DNA from: an uncultured virus (IMG/VR IMGVR_UViG_3300034062_002951)
Taxonomy: Duplodnaviria > Heunggongvirae > Uroviricota > Caudoviricetes
Strand: one strand, 5' to 3'
Length of the DNA stretch: 20,000 bases
IMG/VR virus record: IMGVR_UViG_3300034062_002951
Shown: positions 1-8,556 of the stretch, one piece after another
Numbering within the stretch: the stretch's first letter is position 1
Layout: the number at the start of each line of letters is the position of its first letter
Made by a program: the position numbers and the translations under genes
Notes under the pieces: model-generated
The model's input: only the letters and a program-made list of their open reading frames with translations
Told to the model about the DNA's origin: nothing
Databases searched by the model: none

Positions 1-28
1 GACCGCAACCCCAGGAAGAAAGAAAGAA

Positions 29-1483
29 ATGACTGACAACTTTTTAGAAACTTATCCCTTCAGGAACAAGCCTTTTGTCCATCAACAGGCCTATCTTCAA
101 CGTCACTGGAATGCCCCGGTAGCAGCTTTGTTTGCAGATATGGGAACTGGGAAGAGCTACATGCTCATCAACAATTTCTCCATGCTCTACGACAAGGGAT
201 TGCTAAACGGGGTGTTGATAGTAGCACCAAAAGGAGTCTATCGAAACTGGTTTGACACGGAGATTCCTAAGCATATACCCGAACATGTGCAATACCGCAT
301 GGCGATATGGAACCCTCAACCAAGAAAGGCTGAAGAGCAGGCCTTGAACAGCTTGTTTGACATCACTGAGGACCTAAAAATCCTGGTCATGAACATTGAA
401 GCGTTTTCCACGATCAGGGGGTCGAAATACGCTGGCCGGTTCCTGCTGTGCCACGACGCGATGATGGTGATTGATGAGAGCACCACCATCAAGACACCCA
501 CTTCGGCCAGGTCAAAGAGCACTGAAAAGGTGGGCCGTGGTGCGCGGTTCAAGCGCATTGCTACGGGCTCCCCGGTGACCAAGTCACCCATGGATTTGTA
601 CCAGCAATGTGCTTTCTTGTCGCCCAACTGCCTGAATGCGGCAAGCTACTACTCGTTCCAGGCGCGCTACGCGGTTGTGATTGAGCGCAGTGTGGCCACG
701 CACAGCTTCAAACAGGTCGTTGGGTATCGCCGCCTCGATGAGCTCAAAGAGAAGCTTGACCGCTTCAGCTTTCGGGTGACCAAAGAGGAGTGCTTGGACT
801 TGCCCGACAAGCTGTACGTCAAGCGGGAAGTGGACCTGACTGATGAGCAAAAACGTGCGTACGTGCAGATGAAAGCAATGGCGCTGTCCCAGTTCAAAGA
901 GGGAGTAACCAGCACGGTCAATGCCCTGACACAACTCATGCGCTTGCATCAAATCGTCTGTGGCCACGTGAAGCTAGACAACGGGGAAGTCATTGAGTTG
1001 CCCAATAACCGAATCGGCGAGCTCCTGTCTGTTGTCGAGGAGACTGACGGCAAGATCATCATCTGGGCCAACTACCGCCATGACATCGAGGCCATCAAGC
1101 TGGCCCTGTCAAAGGAGTACGGCATGAACTCAGTGGGTATGTACTACGGGGACACGGACGACGACGAGCGAAAGCGTGTTTTGGAGGAGTTCCAAAAGCC
1201 AAATAGCGAGATGCGTTTCTTTGTCGGCAACCCAAGCACTGGCGGCTATGGTTTGACCCTGACCGCTGCGCACACGATGGTCTATTACAGCAACAGCTTT
1301 GACTTAGAAAAGCGCCTGCAATCGGAAGACCGTGCACACCGCATTGGCCAGACAAAGAACGTGACCTACATTGACCTGATTGCCGTCGGAACGATAGATG
1401 AGAAGATTGTCAAGGCCCTACGCGACAAAATTGACATCGCCACCCAGGTGATGGGAGAGGACTTTAAACAATGGTTGATTTAA
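29..1483 (+). CDS. SNF2-family (SF2) phage DNA helicase/ATPase
   Basis: 484 aa. Motif I ADMGTGKS, motif Ia LIVAPK, motif II MVIDEST, motif III ATGSP, motif V GGYGLTLT, motif VI QSEDRAHRIGQ. Purine-rich SD-like AGGAAG upstream. Confidence 0.93.
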   Translation: MTDNFLETYPFRNKPFVHQQAYLQRHWNAPVAALFADMGTGKSYMLINNFSMLYDKGLLNGVLIVAPKGVYRNWFDTEIPKHIPEHVQYRMAIWNPQPRKAEEQALNSLFDITEDLKILVMNIEAFSTIRGSKYAGRFLLCHDAMMVIDESTTIKTPTSARSKSTEKVGRGARFKRIATGSPVTKSPMDLYQQCAFLSPNCLNAASYYSFQARYAVVIERSVATHSFKQVVGYRRLDELKEKLDRFSFRVTKEECLDLPDKLYVKREVDLTDEQKRAYVQMKAMALSQFKEGVTSTVNALTQLMRLHQIVCGHVKLDNGEVIELPNNRIGELLSVVEETDGKIIIWANYRHDIEAIKLALSKEYGMNSVGMYYGDTDDDERKRVLEEFQKPNSEMRFFVGNPSTGGYGLTLTAAHTMVYYSNSFDLEKRLQSEDRAHRIGQTKNVTYIDLIAVGTIDEKIVKALRDKIDIATQVMGEDFKQWLI

Positions 1484-2175
1484 TCCCCATTCGCAAGCTC
1501 TATGTGTACGAAAAGCTTGAACAAATAAACGCACCAGAGGGACGTGTTTACGGCGACGACAGATTGCCAAGCGTCACCCGTATCCTGTCGGCTACTAAGG
1601 ACCGATCGCACCTTGACGCGTGGGCCGCGAGGGTTGGTGAGGAGGAAGCGGAGCGTATCAAAAACGAAGCCGCCACGATCGGCACTCACATGCACAACGT
1701 TATCGAGCGCATGATTGCTTATAGGGATTTACCACGTCCAACCAACTGGCTTATGACTAAGGGTTATGAGATGGGGTACAAGTTAATTAACACTTACTTT
1801 CCCTATATGTCAGAAATATGGGGGTCAGAGGTGTCTCTTTATTACCCTGAGAAATATGCAGGGACGACCGACTTTGTGGGCGTGTACCGTGGGCGGCCAG
1901 CCATTGTTGACTTTAAGCAGTCCGTCAAACCTAAGCGCGCGGAGTGGATTGAGGACTATTTTCACCAGCTTGCCGCCTATGCTTTGGCCCATGACATCAT
2001 CCACGGCACGAATATCGATTTTGGAGCCATCCTGGTTAGCGTTCAAAACGGCACGACGCAAGAATTCACGACCACTGGCCGTGAATTTCAGAACCACAAG
2101 GATGCTTGGATGAAGCGTGTCGAGCAGTTTAAGCAGCAGGCGGTGCCGCTCCCTGAGACGCCAGCATCGGACTGA
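1471..2175 (+). CDS. PD-(D/E)XK exonuclease (MGME1/Cas4/RecB-like phage nuclease)
   Basis: 234 aa. LPSVTRIL, GTHMHNVIE, E-x-x-L (SEVSL), YAGTTD, IVDFK and QLAAY motifs. Overlaps the helicase end by 13 nt. Confidence 0.88.
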   Translation: MVDLIPIRKLYVYEKLEQINAPEGRVYGDDRLPSVTRILSATKDRSHLDAWAARVGEEEAERIKNEAATIGTHMHNVIERMIAYRDLPRPTNWLMTKGYEMGYKLINTYFPYMSEIWGSEVSLYYPEKYAGTTDFVGVYRGRPAIVDFKQSVKPKRAEWIEDYFHQLAAYALAHDIIHGTNIDFGAILVSVQNGTTQEFTTTGREFQNHKDAWMKRVEQFKQQAVPLPETPASD

Positions 2176-5100
2176 TGGAGTCATTGGGGAACAGCGACTG
2201 GAACATTGCACGACTGGTTGACGATTGAGCGCCGGGAGCAGGAGCTTGTGCACCAGGTTTCTTGTCAAAGAGGCCAGGGACGCCTTTGGACGGCACTGAT
2301 GGAGGCAGCTTGCGTACTGGTGGCGGAGAACCGGGAGGCCCTGTTTGAATCAGATTTGCTCTTGGAACTTCGCTCTCGTAGATACCCAAAGGTGCTGGGA
2401 TTCGAGTGGCTATCGTACGGCCAAGCAATTGAGCAAAGTTTTCCACAAAGCCCGCCTCTTGCTGCTTGTTCACACCACGGCGTAACAAGGCGGCCATCAT
2501 CTGTGGGTCTTGCAGGGCCTTTTCTATGGTACTGCGCACCATAAAGTTAGGCATCTTGTCAAAGATTTCACGTACGTACTTCGAGCCGGCGGAGGCAGCA
2601 ATCAAGGAGCCTGGTCCGCCGCCAGAGACAGAAGTACCGATATTGGCACCGACGATGCGCATGGCCAACTCTTCTACAGCACCTGCGCCGTCCAAGACTT
2701 TGTTGAGCTCATTCTTGTTGCCCATGGCCTTTTCAACACGCATCATTGGAATCATCAGACGCTTAAGGTTGTTCACCTCTTGTGGTGTTATGAGACCCTG
2801 GCTTCGCATGATGTTGACAATTGAGGGCTGACCCTGGCCAAGGGGCTTCAACAATGCATCATTAAATGCCTGAATGCTGAAGCGTCCATCTCCACCTGCT
2901 TTGGTGTAGGCGTAGTCAAACAAAGTGGACTTCAGCCCATTGACTGCATCGGGCCCACCTGCACCTGCAAGCTTGGCTATGTTGGAGATATTCTTGACCG
3001 GGAACTTACTGTTAAGCGCATCAATGACAGCATTGGTTGGGTTCTCAAACTTCAACACTTGAGCAAACGCAGATTGATTTGCAATGGTCTTGTTGATTTC
3101 ACTGTTCTGGTCCTGTATTGCACGGAATGCAAGTTCTGCTCTTTTCGCGTCTTGCAAGTCGGCATAGATGCCCAGCTTCTCCAGCATAGGCTGGTTCTCA
3201 GCAGCAAACTTCTCCAGCATGCGAGGATTCAAGCGACCAGTTACGGGGTCAATTGCCTTTGCCGCAGCCAATCGATATACGCGGTCTTGTGCGTCTCGAA
3301 TGGAGGCCACTTGTATGTCTGCCAAATCTGCTTGAGGCTTCAAAGCCAGGGCCTGTTTGCTACGTTTGCCAAACTTACTGACTGCCTCGTCGTACTGAGT
3401 ACGCATGAACTTCACTGAGTCCTCAATGTCATTCATGCGCATTGCTGTCACGTCGGCGTTGGAGCCAAATGCTCTTGACACCAATATCTCTGCGGGCATG
3501 CGCTCTTTGCCTACAACGGTCTTTGCTCCGGAACCCGTGATGCTTGCCTCACTGGCAAAGGTGCGAGTAAACGTGTCGTTCAAGGCCTTGGAGAAACTTC
3601 TTGCTTGATCAAACGCAGGAGCCTTCAATGTCTCCAAGTCTTTCAGGATGCCCTCGGCCAAAATGCCGTAGAACCTTGCGTCTCCCATCTCGCCTTTGCC
3701 AGCGGCATCACGTGCAAGAGACAACAAGTTACTCCGGTAGTTGACCATCTCGCCAACATCCATCTCCTTAAGTTCTGGAACAAAACGTTCAGGCACTTGC
3801 CCTGACTCCAAGAACTCATCCGTATTGCGGCCAAGCTTGTACTTCATGACCGAGGCATCATCAATACCAAAAGTGCCAATAATATCCTTGACCAGCTTGG
3901 GCGTAGTGTTCTTGTAGACGACGTCGGCAATGCTCAGGGTTGCGTCTAGGAATGCTCGGCTTGTGTTAGTGGGCTTAATCTCTGCACCCCTGACCACTGT
4001 CTCACGCAGAGTGATCATGGGCCATTTGCGTGTTTTTTCGTATATTGCTTGTGCCTCTGGCCCCTCCATCGGAACCTTTTGTGGAGGCCCTTGGACACGT
4101 TTAACAGGGGCAATCTGGCGCAGGCCCTCGGCCCACAACTCGGATTCCATGTCCCGTGCTTGGCGCAATGCAAGTTCTGTTTCTGTCTTTACGATGTCGC
4201 CAATTTCTCTACGAGCAGCAGGTGTGTCCTTGGAAATTTTGGCAATCTTGCTGGCCGCTGTTGCATCCGCCGCCGCAAGACGGCCATTCAGCATGGCGGT
4301 ATGGGCATCTTGTTCCATCTGAGCTGCTTTGCGCAAAGCATCGGGAGTGCCTATTTCTCTCAGCTTCTGAACCAACAATTTGTATGCCATTAGGGAGTCT
4401 TCACCCTGCTTAACTGTTTGGCCAGAGAATTCTGCATTGGTACGAGCAAGCGATGTTTCCAGGGCAGACAAAGTCATGCTGCCTGTTTTCTGTGCGGCTG
4501 TTGGCGTAGCTCCCCCTGTAGTAGGTTGCTCCAAGCGGCGAATAAGCAGAGGAATATTTTCTCCTGTGCCATTCAAAATCTCATACAAGCGAGCAGCGGC
4601 TTTTCCCTCTTTGGCCGCAGGTCCCGCGCTGTTTCTAAGGTTCTTCGCCCAGTCGATTACGTCACCAACTGAGTTAACCACGAAGCGGCCTGGGGCAAAC
4701 ATGCCGCCCATTACTTCCGCGCCAAAACGCACACCTTTTTGGCCTGGAAAAAGCTCTTCTGCAAAGAAGGCTCCTGTACCTGCTCCGGCGGCCGCGATTG
4801 TTTCAGCAGTACCAAAGCTAATTGGTGATCTGCGAGCAGCCTCTCCCATTGAGGAGATAAACCGTGAGACGCGGTTCCCGGTGAATTTAGGCAGGAAGTA
4901 GAGCGATGGAGAAAACGCAATCGATGTACCAAACGTGCGGCCACCCTCACGCACAGACAACAAGTCTTCACGCAGGGGAGGCTCTTCGTACTCTTCGGGG
5001 AACATCTGTTGCAAAGCGTAGTTCACGCCCATGCCGCCCAAGACGCCACCAACAAACCCTAAAGGAGGGCCCAAGGGTGCGGCAGGGCCCATGAATGGCG

Positions 5101-5380
5101 CAGCCATAGTACCTGCCCGCAGGCCAAGCATACCGCCAGCGGAGATGGGAGCGCTTTCTCGCAGTCCCATCCTGGTACCTTGGCCAACAGCCTCGACCTT
5201 TTCGCCAAGTGTTGGAAACTCCGACTGAGAAATCTGTTGCAACGCTTTTAACTGATCTGCTGCGTTGGCAGCGGGAACAGGACGACGGCCTTGCGTTAAC
5301 GCAGGAGGCGGCTGACCTCCTCCTGTGTCAGGCAAAGTCAGAGCATCAAGTTGCTTTTGAATTTCTTCAGGAGTTGCCAT
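2129..5380 (-). CDS. Large putative internal virion/DNA ejection protein
   Basis: 1083 aa, predicted mostly helical by composition. Gly/Ala-rich hydrophobic segments near the N-terminus (GFVGGVLGGMGVNYAL) and a Pro-rich C-terminal tail. Last gene of the virion operon, the usual position of podovirus ejection proteins. Function inferred from position. Confidence 0.65.
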   Translation of the reverse strand: MATPEEIQKQLDALTLPDTGGGQPPPALTQGRRPVPAANAADQLKALQQISQSEFPTLGEKVEAVGQGTRMGLRESAPISAGGMLGLRAGTMAAPFMGPAAPLGPPLGFVGGVLGGMGVNYALQQMFPEEYEEPPLREDLLSVREGGRTFGTSIAFSPSLYFLPKFTGNRVSRFISSMGEAARRSPISFGTAETIAAAGAGTGAFFAEELFPGQKGVRFGAEVMGGMFAPGRFVVNSVGDVIDWAKNLRNSAGPAAKEGKAAARLYEILNGTGENIPLLIRRLEQPTTGGATPTAAQKTGSMTLSALETSLARTNAEFSGQTVKQGEDSLMAYKLLVQKLREIGTPDALRKAAQMEQDAHTAMLNGRLAAADATAASKIAKISKDTPAARREIGDIVKTETELALRQARDMESELWAEGLRQIAPVKRVQGPPQKVPMEGPEAQAIYEKTRKWPMITLRETVVRGAEIKPTNTSRAFLDATLSIADVVYKNTTPKLVKDIIGTFGIDDASVMKYKLGRNTDEFLESGQVPERFVPELKEMDVGEMVNYRSNLLSLARDAAGKGEMGDARFYGILAEGILKDLETLKAPAFDQARSFSKALNDTFTRTFASEASITGSGAKTVVGKERMPAEILVSRAFGSNADVTAMRMNDIEDSVKFMRTQYDEAVSKFGKRSKQALALKPQADLADIQVASIRDAQDRVYRLAAAKAIDPVTGRLNPRMLEKFAAENQPMLEKLGIYADLQDAKRAELAFRAIQDQNSEINKTIANQSAFAQVLKFENPTNAVIDALNSKFPVKNISNIAKLAGAGGPDAVNGLKSTLFDYAYTKAGGDGRFSIQAFNDALLKPLGQGQPSIVNIMRSQGLITPQEVNNLKRLMIPMMRVEKAMGNKNELNKVLDGAGAVEELAMRIVGANIGTSVSGGGPGSLIAASAGSKYVREIFDKMPNFMVRSTIEKALQDPQMMAALLRRGVNKQQEAGFVENFAQLLGRTIATRIPAPLGIYESEVPRANLIQTGPPGSPPPVRKLPPSVPSKGVPGLFDKKPGAQAPAPGAQSSTSRAMFQSLFPNDSISPMLASQGAAPPAA

Positions 5381-5383
5381 GGC

Positions 5384-7438
5384 TTATTTCTTCCACATTG
5401 ATACTCTACCGTTCCACAAAAAGTTCGTGCCATTAGGAAGTGCCTGCACTTCCTCAATGGTGTACACGCGGGGAGGAATTCCAGCTACTTTATTGAAATT
5501 TTTGAGTTCTTTTATTTCATCCAACGCGGCTTGCCTAGATGCTACAGGGAAATTTGGATTGACCGCATCTATCTCGGCAGCTTTTAGCCGCTGGTTAAGG
5601 AAGTCCTCAATACCGATCAAGCGATTGCCCAGAGAGCTTGGGTTGTCAAAAAACGCTGGCGCAATATCTATCTCTTTTTCAATTGCTTGCATCTCTGAAA
5701 CAGGGTAGCGTGGGTTTGCTGCCAACGCCTTGATCAGGGATCGTCTTGCTGAATCAAAGAAAGTACGTGCCTCATCGGCCTTGGCATCCACTTGACCAAA
5801 GACGCGCAAGACGGGCAGTGTCTTGAGGTACTGAATAGGGCCTGCAACCAAAGGGCGTTGGTTCCACAAAGTCTTCTGGTCTTTAGGGGTCTTAAGCGCC
5901 ACGTAGGCATCTTTCGCCTCGGCAGGCACATCAGCAGGCACTGTTCCGGGAGTCCCGCTGATGTCTCCAGCGGCACCGGGAGGAGCAGCAGGCGGTTTTG
6001 CTCCTCCGGGCCTTGGACCACCTGGAGCAGGAGCAGCAAGTGTTCCCCCTGTGTAATATGGAATAGGTCTTCCAACCAGCTGATATGCAGTGATCACATG
6101 CGGAGGTAGTTTCTTTTTGTTTATTACTGTCACATAGCTCTTGTTTCCTGTAACAGGGTCGGTCCTCTCTTCTCGTTGAGAGGTCTCCTGTGTGTAATCG
6201 GTTACTGCGGTATCTAATTCAAAGAGCTGCTCGGGAGAGAGTTTTCCTTCGGCAAGCAGCGGGGCAGTTCTTGCAAACATATTTAATTGTTCATTTGTTC
6301 CAAACGGCCCCTTTGGCGGCTTGTTAAGGTTCTTTTGTTTCTCTGCTTCAATTCGTGCTTCAGCAGCAACAATGTTCCCAAACAAAGCCCTCTTTTGTTT
6401 TATAAGCTCATTGTTTGCTGCTTGGATTTGATCGATATCCTTCTCTGACGCTTGCAACGCGGCCATCTTGATAGCGCGCTCGCCTTTGTCAATCTCCGCC
6501 ACACGTGCCATCATGTCCTGAGGCAGGGTTCTGACCGCACCCGCCATGCGAGAAACAAAGCTTCCACGCAACGGACGGCCTTGGTCATCGACGTTTGCGC
6601 CAAAGTTAAAGGCCCGTTGGCCGAGAGAAAATAGCATCTGTGCTTCGCTCGCGCCCTTGGTGTCACCGAGAATCGTGCGGTATGCAGGCTCACGCCCACG
6701 AGCCAATGCTCCCAGATCGGGAACCGTTTGTGGCTGCCTTGCAATCAACTCTTGCATGCCTTGTTGGGCCGCAGAAACCATGTTGGTGGGGTATTTAAGT
6801 AAAGGTGCTTCTCTTTCGCTTGGGACTGTTTCATCGGCAGGGGTCACTCCGTCCTCAGTAGACCCTGCCTGAAAATTTTGAACATAGCCGCCTCTTGCCA
6901 TAGCCATGGGAGGTGCGCCAGCAATACCACCTGTCTCAGGTGGAGGGGGACCTGCCATGCCTTGTGGGCCACCAGCGCCACCCATCAGTGCCGCCATCAT
7001 CTCAGGAGGCATACCACCAGGGGCAGCTTCAGGAGGAGCGCCCGGGGGCATCATCTCAGGGGGCATTCCAGGAGGAGGTGCCATTGGAGGCTGGGGACCT
7101 TGCATCAGTTCGGCTGAAGCAGGAGCAGCACCAATGCCTTGCTGTTGGGCAAGAACAGGCTGCAAAAGAGCAAGCACTTCTTGGGGCGTGTCCTTGGCAG
7201 CACGGTACCCGACCATGTCCGCCAGTTCATCAATACGCGCTTCGACTGAGCGCATGTCCCCGCGTAAGTTGTTCATCAAAATTTCAGGAGACTTTGGCGA
7301 GCGGCCCATGACCTCAGAGGCAACACGGTCCTCTTCGTTGGTGTCTTCCGTATCGTCGTCTTCCATCTCCATCATGTCCTTGAAACCAGCCATGATGCCC
7401 ATGTTTTCGACGTCTTGTTCCATCATTTTGTTCTTCAT
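5384..7438 (-). CDS. Putative internal virion/ejection protein
   Basis: 684 aa. Acidic, Met-rich N-terminus, Pro/Gly/Met linker, MAMARGG motif, coiled-coil-like middle. Tightly packed between neighbouring genes. Confidence 0.6.
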   Translation of the reverse strand: MKNKMMEQDVENMGIMAGFKDMMEMEDDDTEDTNEEDRVASEVMGRSPKSPEILMNNLRGDMRSVEARIDELADMVGYRAAKDTPQEVLALLQPVLAQQQGIGAAPASAELMQGPQPPMAPPPGMPPEMMPPGAPPEAAPGGMPPEMMAALMGGAGGPQGMAGPPPPETGGIAGAPPMAMARGGYVQNFQAGSTEDGVTPADETVPSEREAPLLKYPTNMVSAAQQGMQELIARQPQTVPDLGALARGREPAYRTILGDTKGASEAQMLFSLGQRAFNFGANVDDQGRPLRGSFVSRMAGAVRTLPQDMMARVAEIDKGERAIKMAALQASEKDIDQIQAANNELIKQKRALFGNIVAAEARIEAEKQKNLNKPPKGPFGTNEQLNMFARTAPLLAEGKLSPEQLFELDTAVTDYTQETSQREERTDPVTGNKSYVTVINKKKLPPHVITAYQLVGRPIPYYTGGTLAAPAPGGPRPGGAKPPAAPPGAAGDISGTPGTVPADVPAEAKDAYVALKTPKDQKTLWNQRPLVAGPIQYLKTLPVLRVFGQVDAKADEARTFFDSARRSLIKALAANPRYPVSEMQAIEKEIDIAPAFFDNPSSLGNRLIGIEDFLNQRLKAAEIDAVNPNFPVASRQAALDEIKELKNFNKVAGIPPRVYTIEEVQALPNGTNFLWNGRVSMWKK
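6995..7069 (-). repeat. Intragenic 21-nt direct repeat encoding GMPPEMM twice
   Basis: catcatctcaggaggcatacc (6995-7015) vs catcatctcagggggcattcc (7049-7069), 19/21 identical, within the Pro-rich linker. Confidence 0.8.
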
Positions 7439-7447
7439 ATTGCCCTC

Positions 7448-8554
7448 TTAAAAGAGTCCAGCTTTCTTTGCCCCAGCGGCAGTTGATAACACACCCAGGC
7501 CCACTCCCAACGCTTGTTGGAAGGGGCTTGCAGAAGGCTGGCTGACCGCCGCCGTTGACATCTGAGTCGATGGTGCGCCCTTGTAAATGTCTGACAGGAA
7601 GCCTGCTTGTTGGTAAGGCGAGTACACCTTTTGCAACTCCGTCGCACGCTGTGCATCCAGTTGTTGCTGATTCATCGCCTGCTGTGACTGACCGACGTTA
7701 TACAAGAAGTTAACGTCGCCTTGTCTCATCGCCTGTGCTGTCTGGCCGAGAGCACCTTGTTGGATACCCAACTGGCCCATCTGTGCGCCCAGTTGTCCAA
7801 GACCTGACGACATTTGCGCGCCTTGGCCAAACTCTTGGCCAGCCAGTGAGCCAATGCCTGCGGCCGCTTGGCCAAGACCTTGTCCCATGGCCAGTTGTCT
7901 TTGTTTGGCTGCTTCAAAGGTTCCCATGCCGGCCTGTTGGGCTTGGCCATAGTTCTGTGCGTAGTCTTGGAAGATGCGCTGCGACATAACGTCTTGCAGG
8001 CCTCGCTCCATCTCTGCGCGCTGTACGCCTTCACGGGTGCCACCAAAGGCACCGGAGCGAACAGCTTGAGCCGCTGCACCTTGGCGTGCAATGTCGCCTT
8101 GACGGCGCATCTCTGCCAAGGCCTGTTGCGTGACCTGAGCCTGATACGGGTTCATGAATTGCGCGGCCATGGTGGGGTCGTATTGACCGCCGCCTTGCGC
8201 CAAGGCTCCAATGCCTGCACTCAAAACATTTTGGGCCTCGCCGTACTGGTCTCGGGTGTCTGCTCCACGCAAGACATTGGCCGCTTCGCCGGTTGTCCCG
8301 TAGGCCTGGGTTACCGCTTGGTTGGCAGAAGTCAGATATGGGTCAAAGGCTCCAATCCCCTGCGCTATTGCAGCGTTCATCGCCGTCTGTTGAGCAGGAG
8401 CAAAGCCAGCTACGTTGTAGCCTGGAAGTTGTTCAGCTAAAGGCGTACGGCCTTCGTTAAAAGCCAGTGCCTTGGCTTGCTTTAGTAGGTCAAGCTTATA
8501 GGCTTCAATCTCCGGGGCTTCCCGGACAATTTGTTGTGTTGTTGTGGTAGCCAT
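7448..8554 (-). CDS. Putative DNA transfer/pilot (ejection) protein, Gln/Ala/Gly-rich
   Basis: 368 aa. FMNPYQ and GAFGGTR motifs, quasi-periodic GQGLGQ/GLGQLG stretch, hydrophobic C-terminus (ALGVGLGVLSTAAGA). Confidence 0.62.
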   Translation of the reverse strand: MATTTTQQIVREAPEIEAYKLDLLKQAKALAFNEGRTPLAEQLPGYNVAGFAPAQQTAMNAAIAQGIGAFDPYLTSANQAVTQAYGTTGEAANVLRGADTRDQYGEAQNVLSAGIGALAQGGGQYDPTMAAQFMNPYQAQVTQQALAEMRRQGDIARQGAAAQAVRSGAFGGTREGVQRAEMERGLQDVMSQRIFQDYAQNYGQAQQAGMGTFEAAKQRQLAMGQGLGQAAAGIGSLAGQEFGQGAQMSSGLGQLGAQMGQLGIQQGALGQTAQAMRQGDVNFLYNVGQSQQAMNQQQLDAQRATELQKVYSPYQQAGFLSDIYKGAPSTQMSTAAVSQPSASPFQQALGVGLGVLSTAAGAKKAGLF

Positions 8555-8556
8555 AA

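Noticed and set aside
13..28. Short GAAA tandem run before the helicase start
   Set aside because: Too short to be meaningful and adequately explained as a purine-rich ribosome-binding region.
1471..2175. Cas4/CRISPR association of the nuclease
   Set aside because: No Fe-S cysteines, no other cas genes and no repeat-spacer array in the window.
6906..7451. 181-aa + strand Gly/Pro/Ser-rich ORF, and similar antisense ORFs such as 4380-4901, 7868-8440 and 12713-13183
   Set aside because: These are antisense shadows of long GC-rich or low-complexity - strand genes, with no recognisable motifs and against the operon direction.
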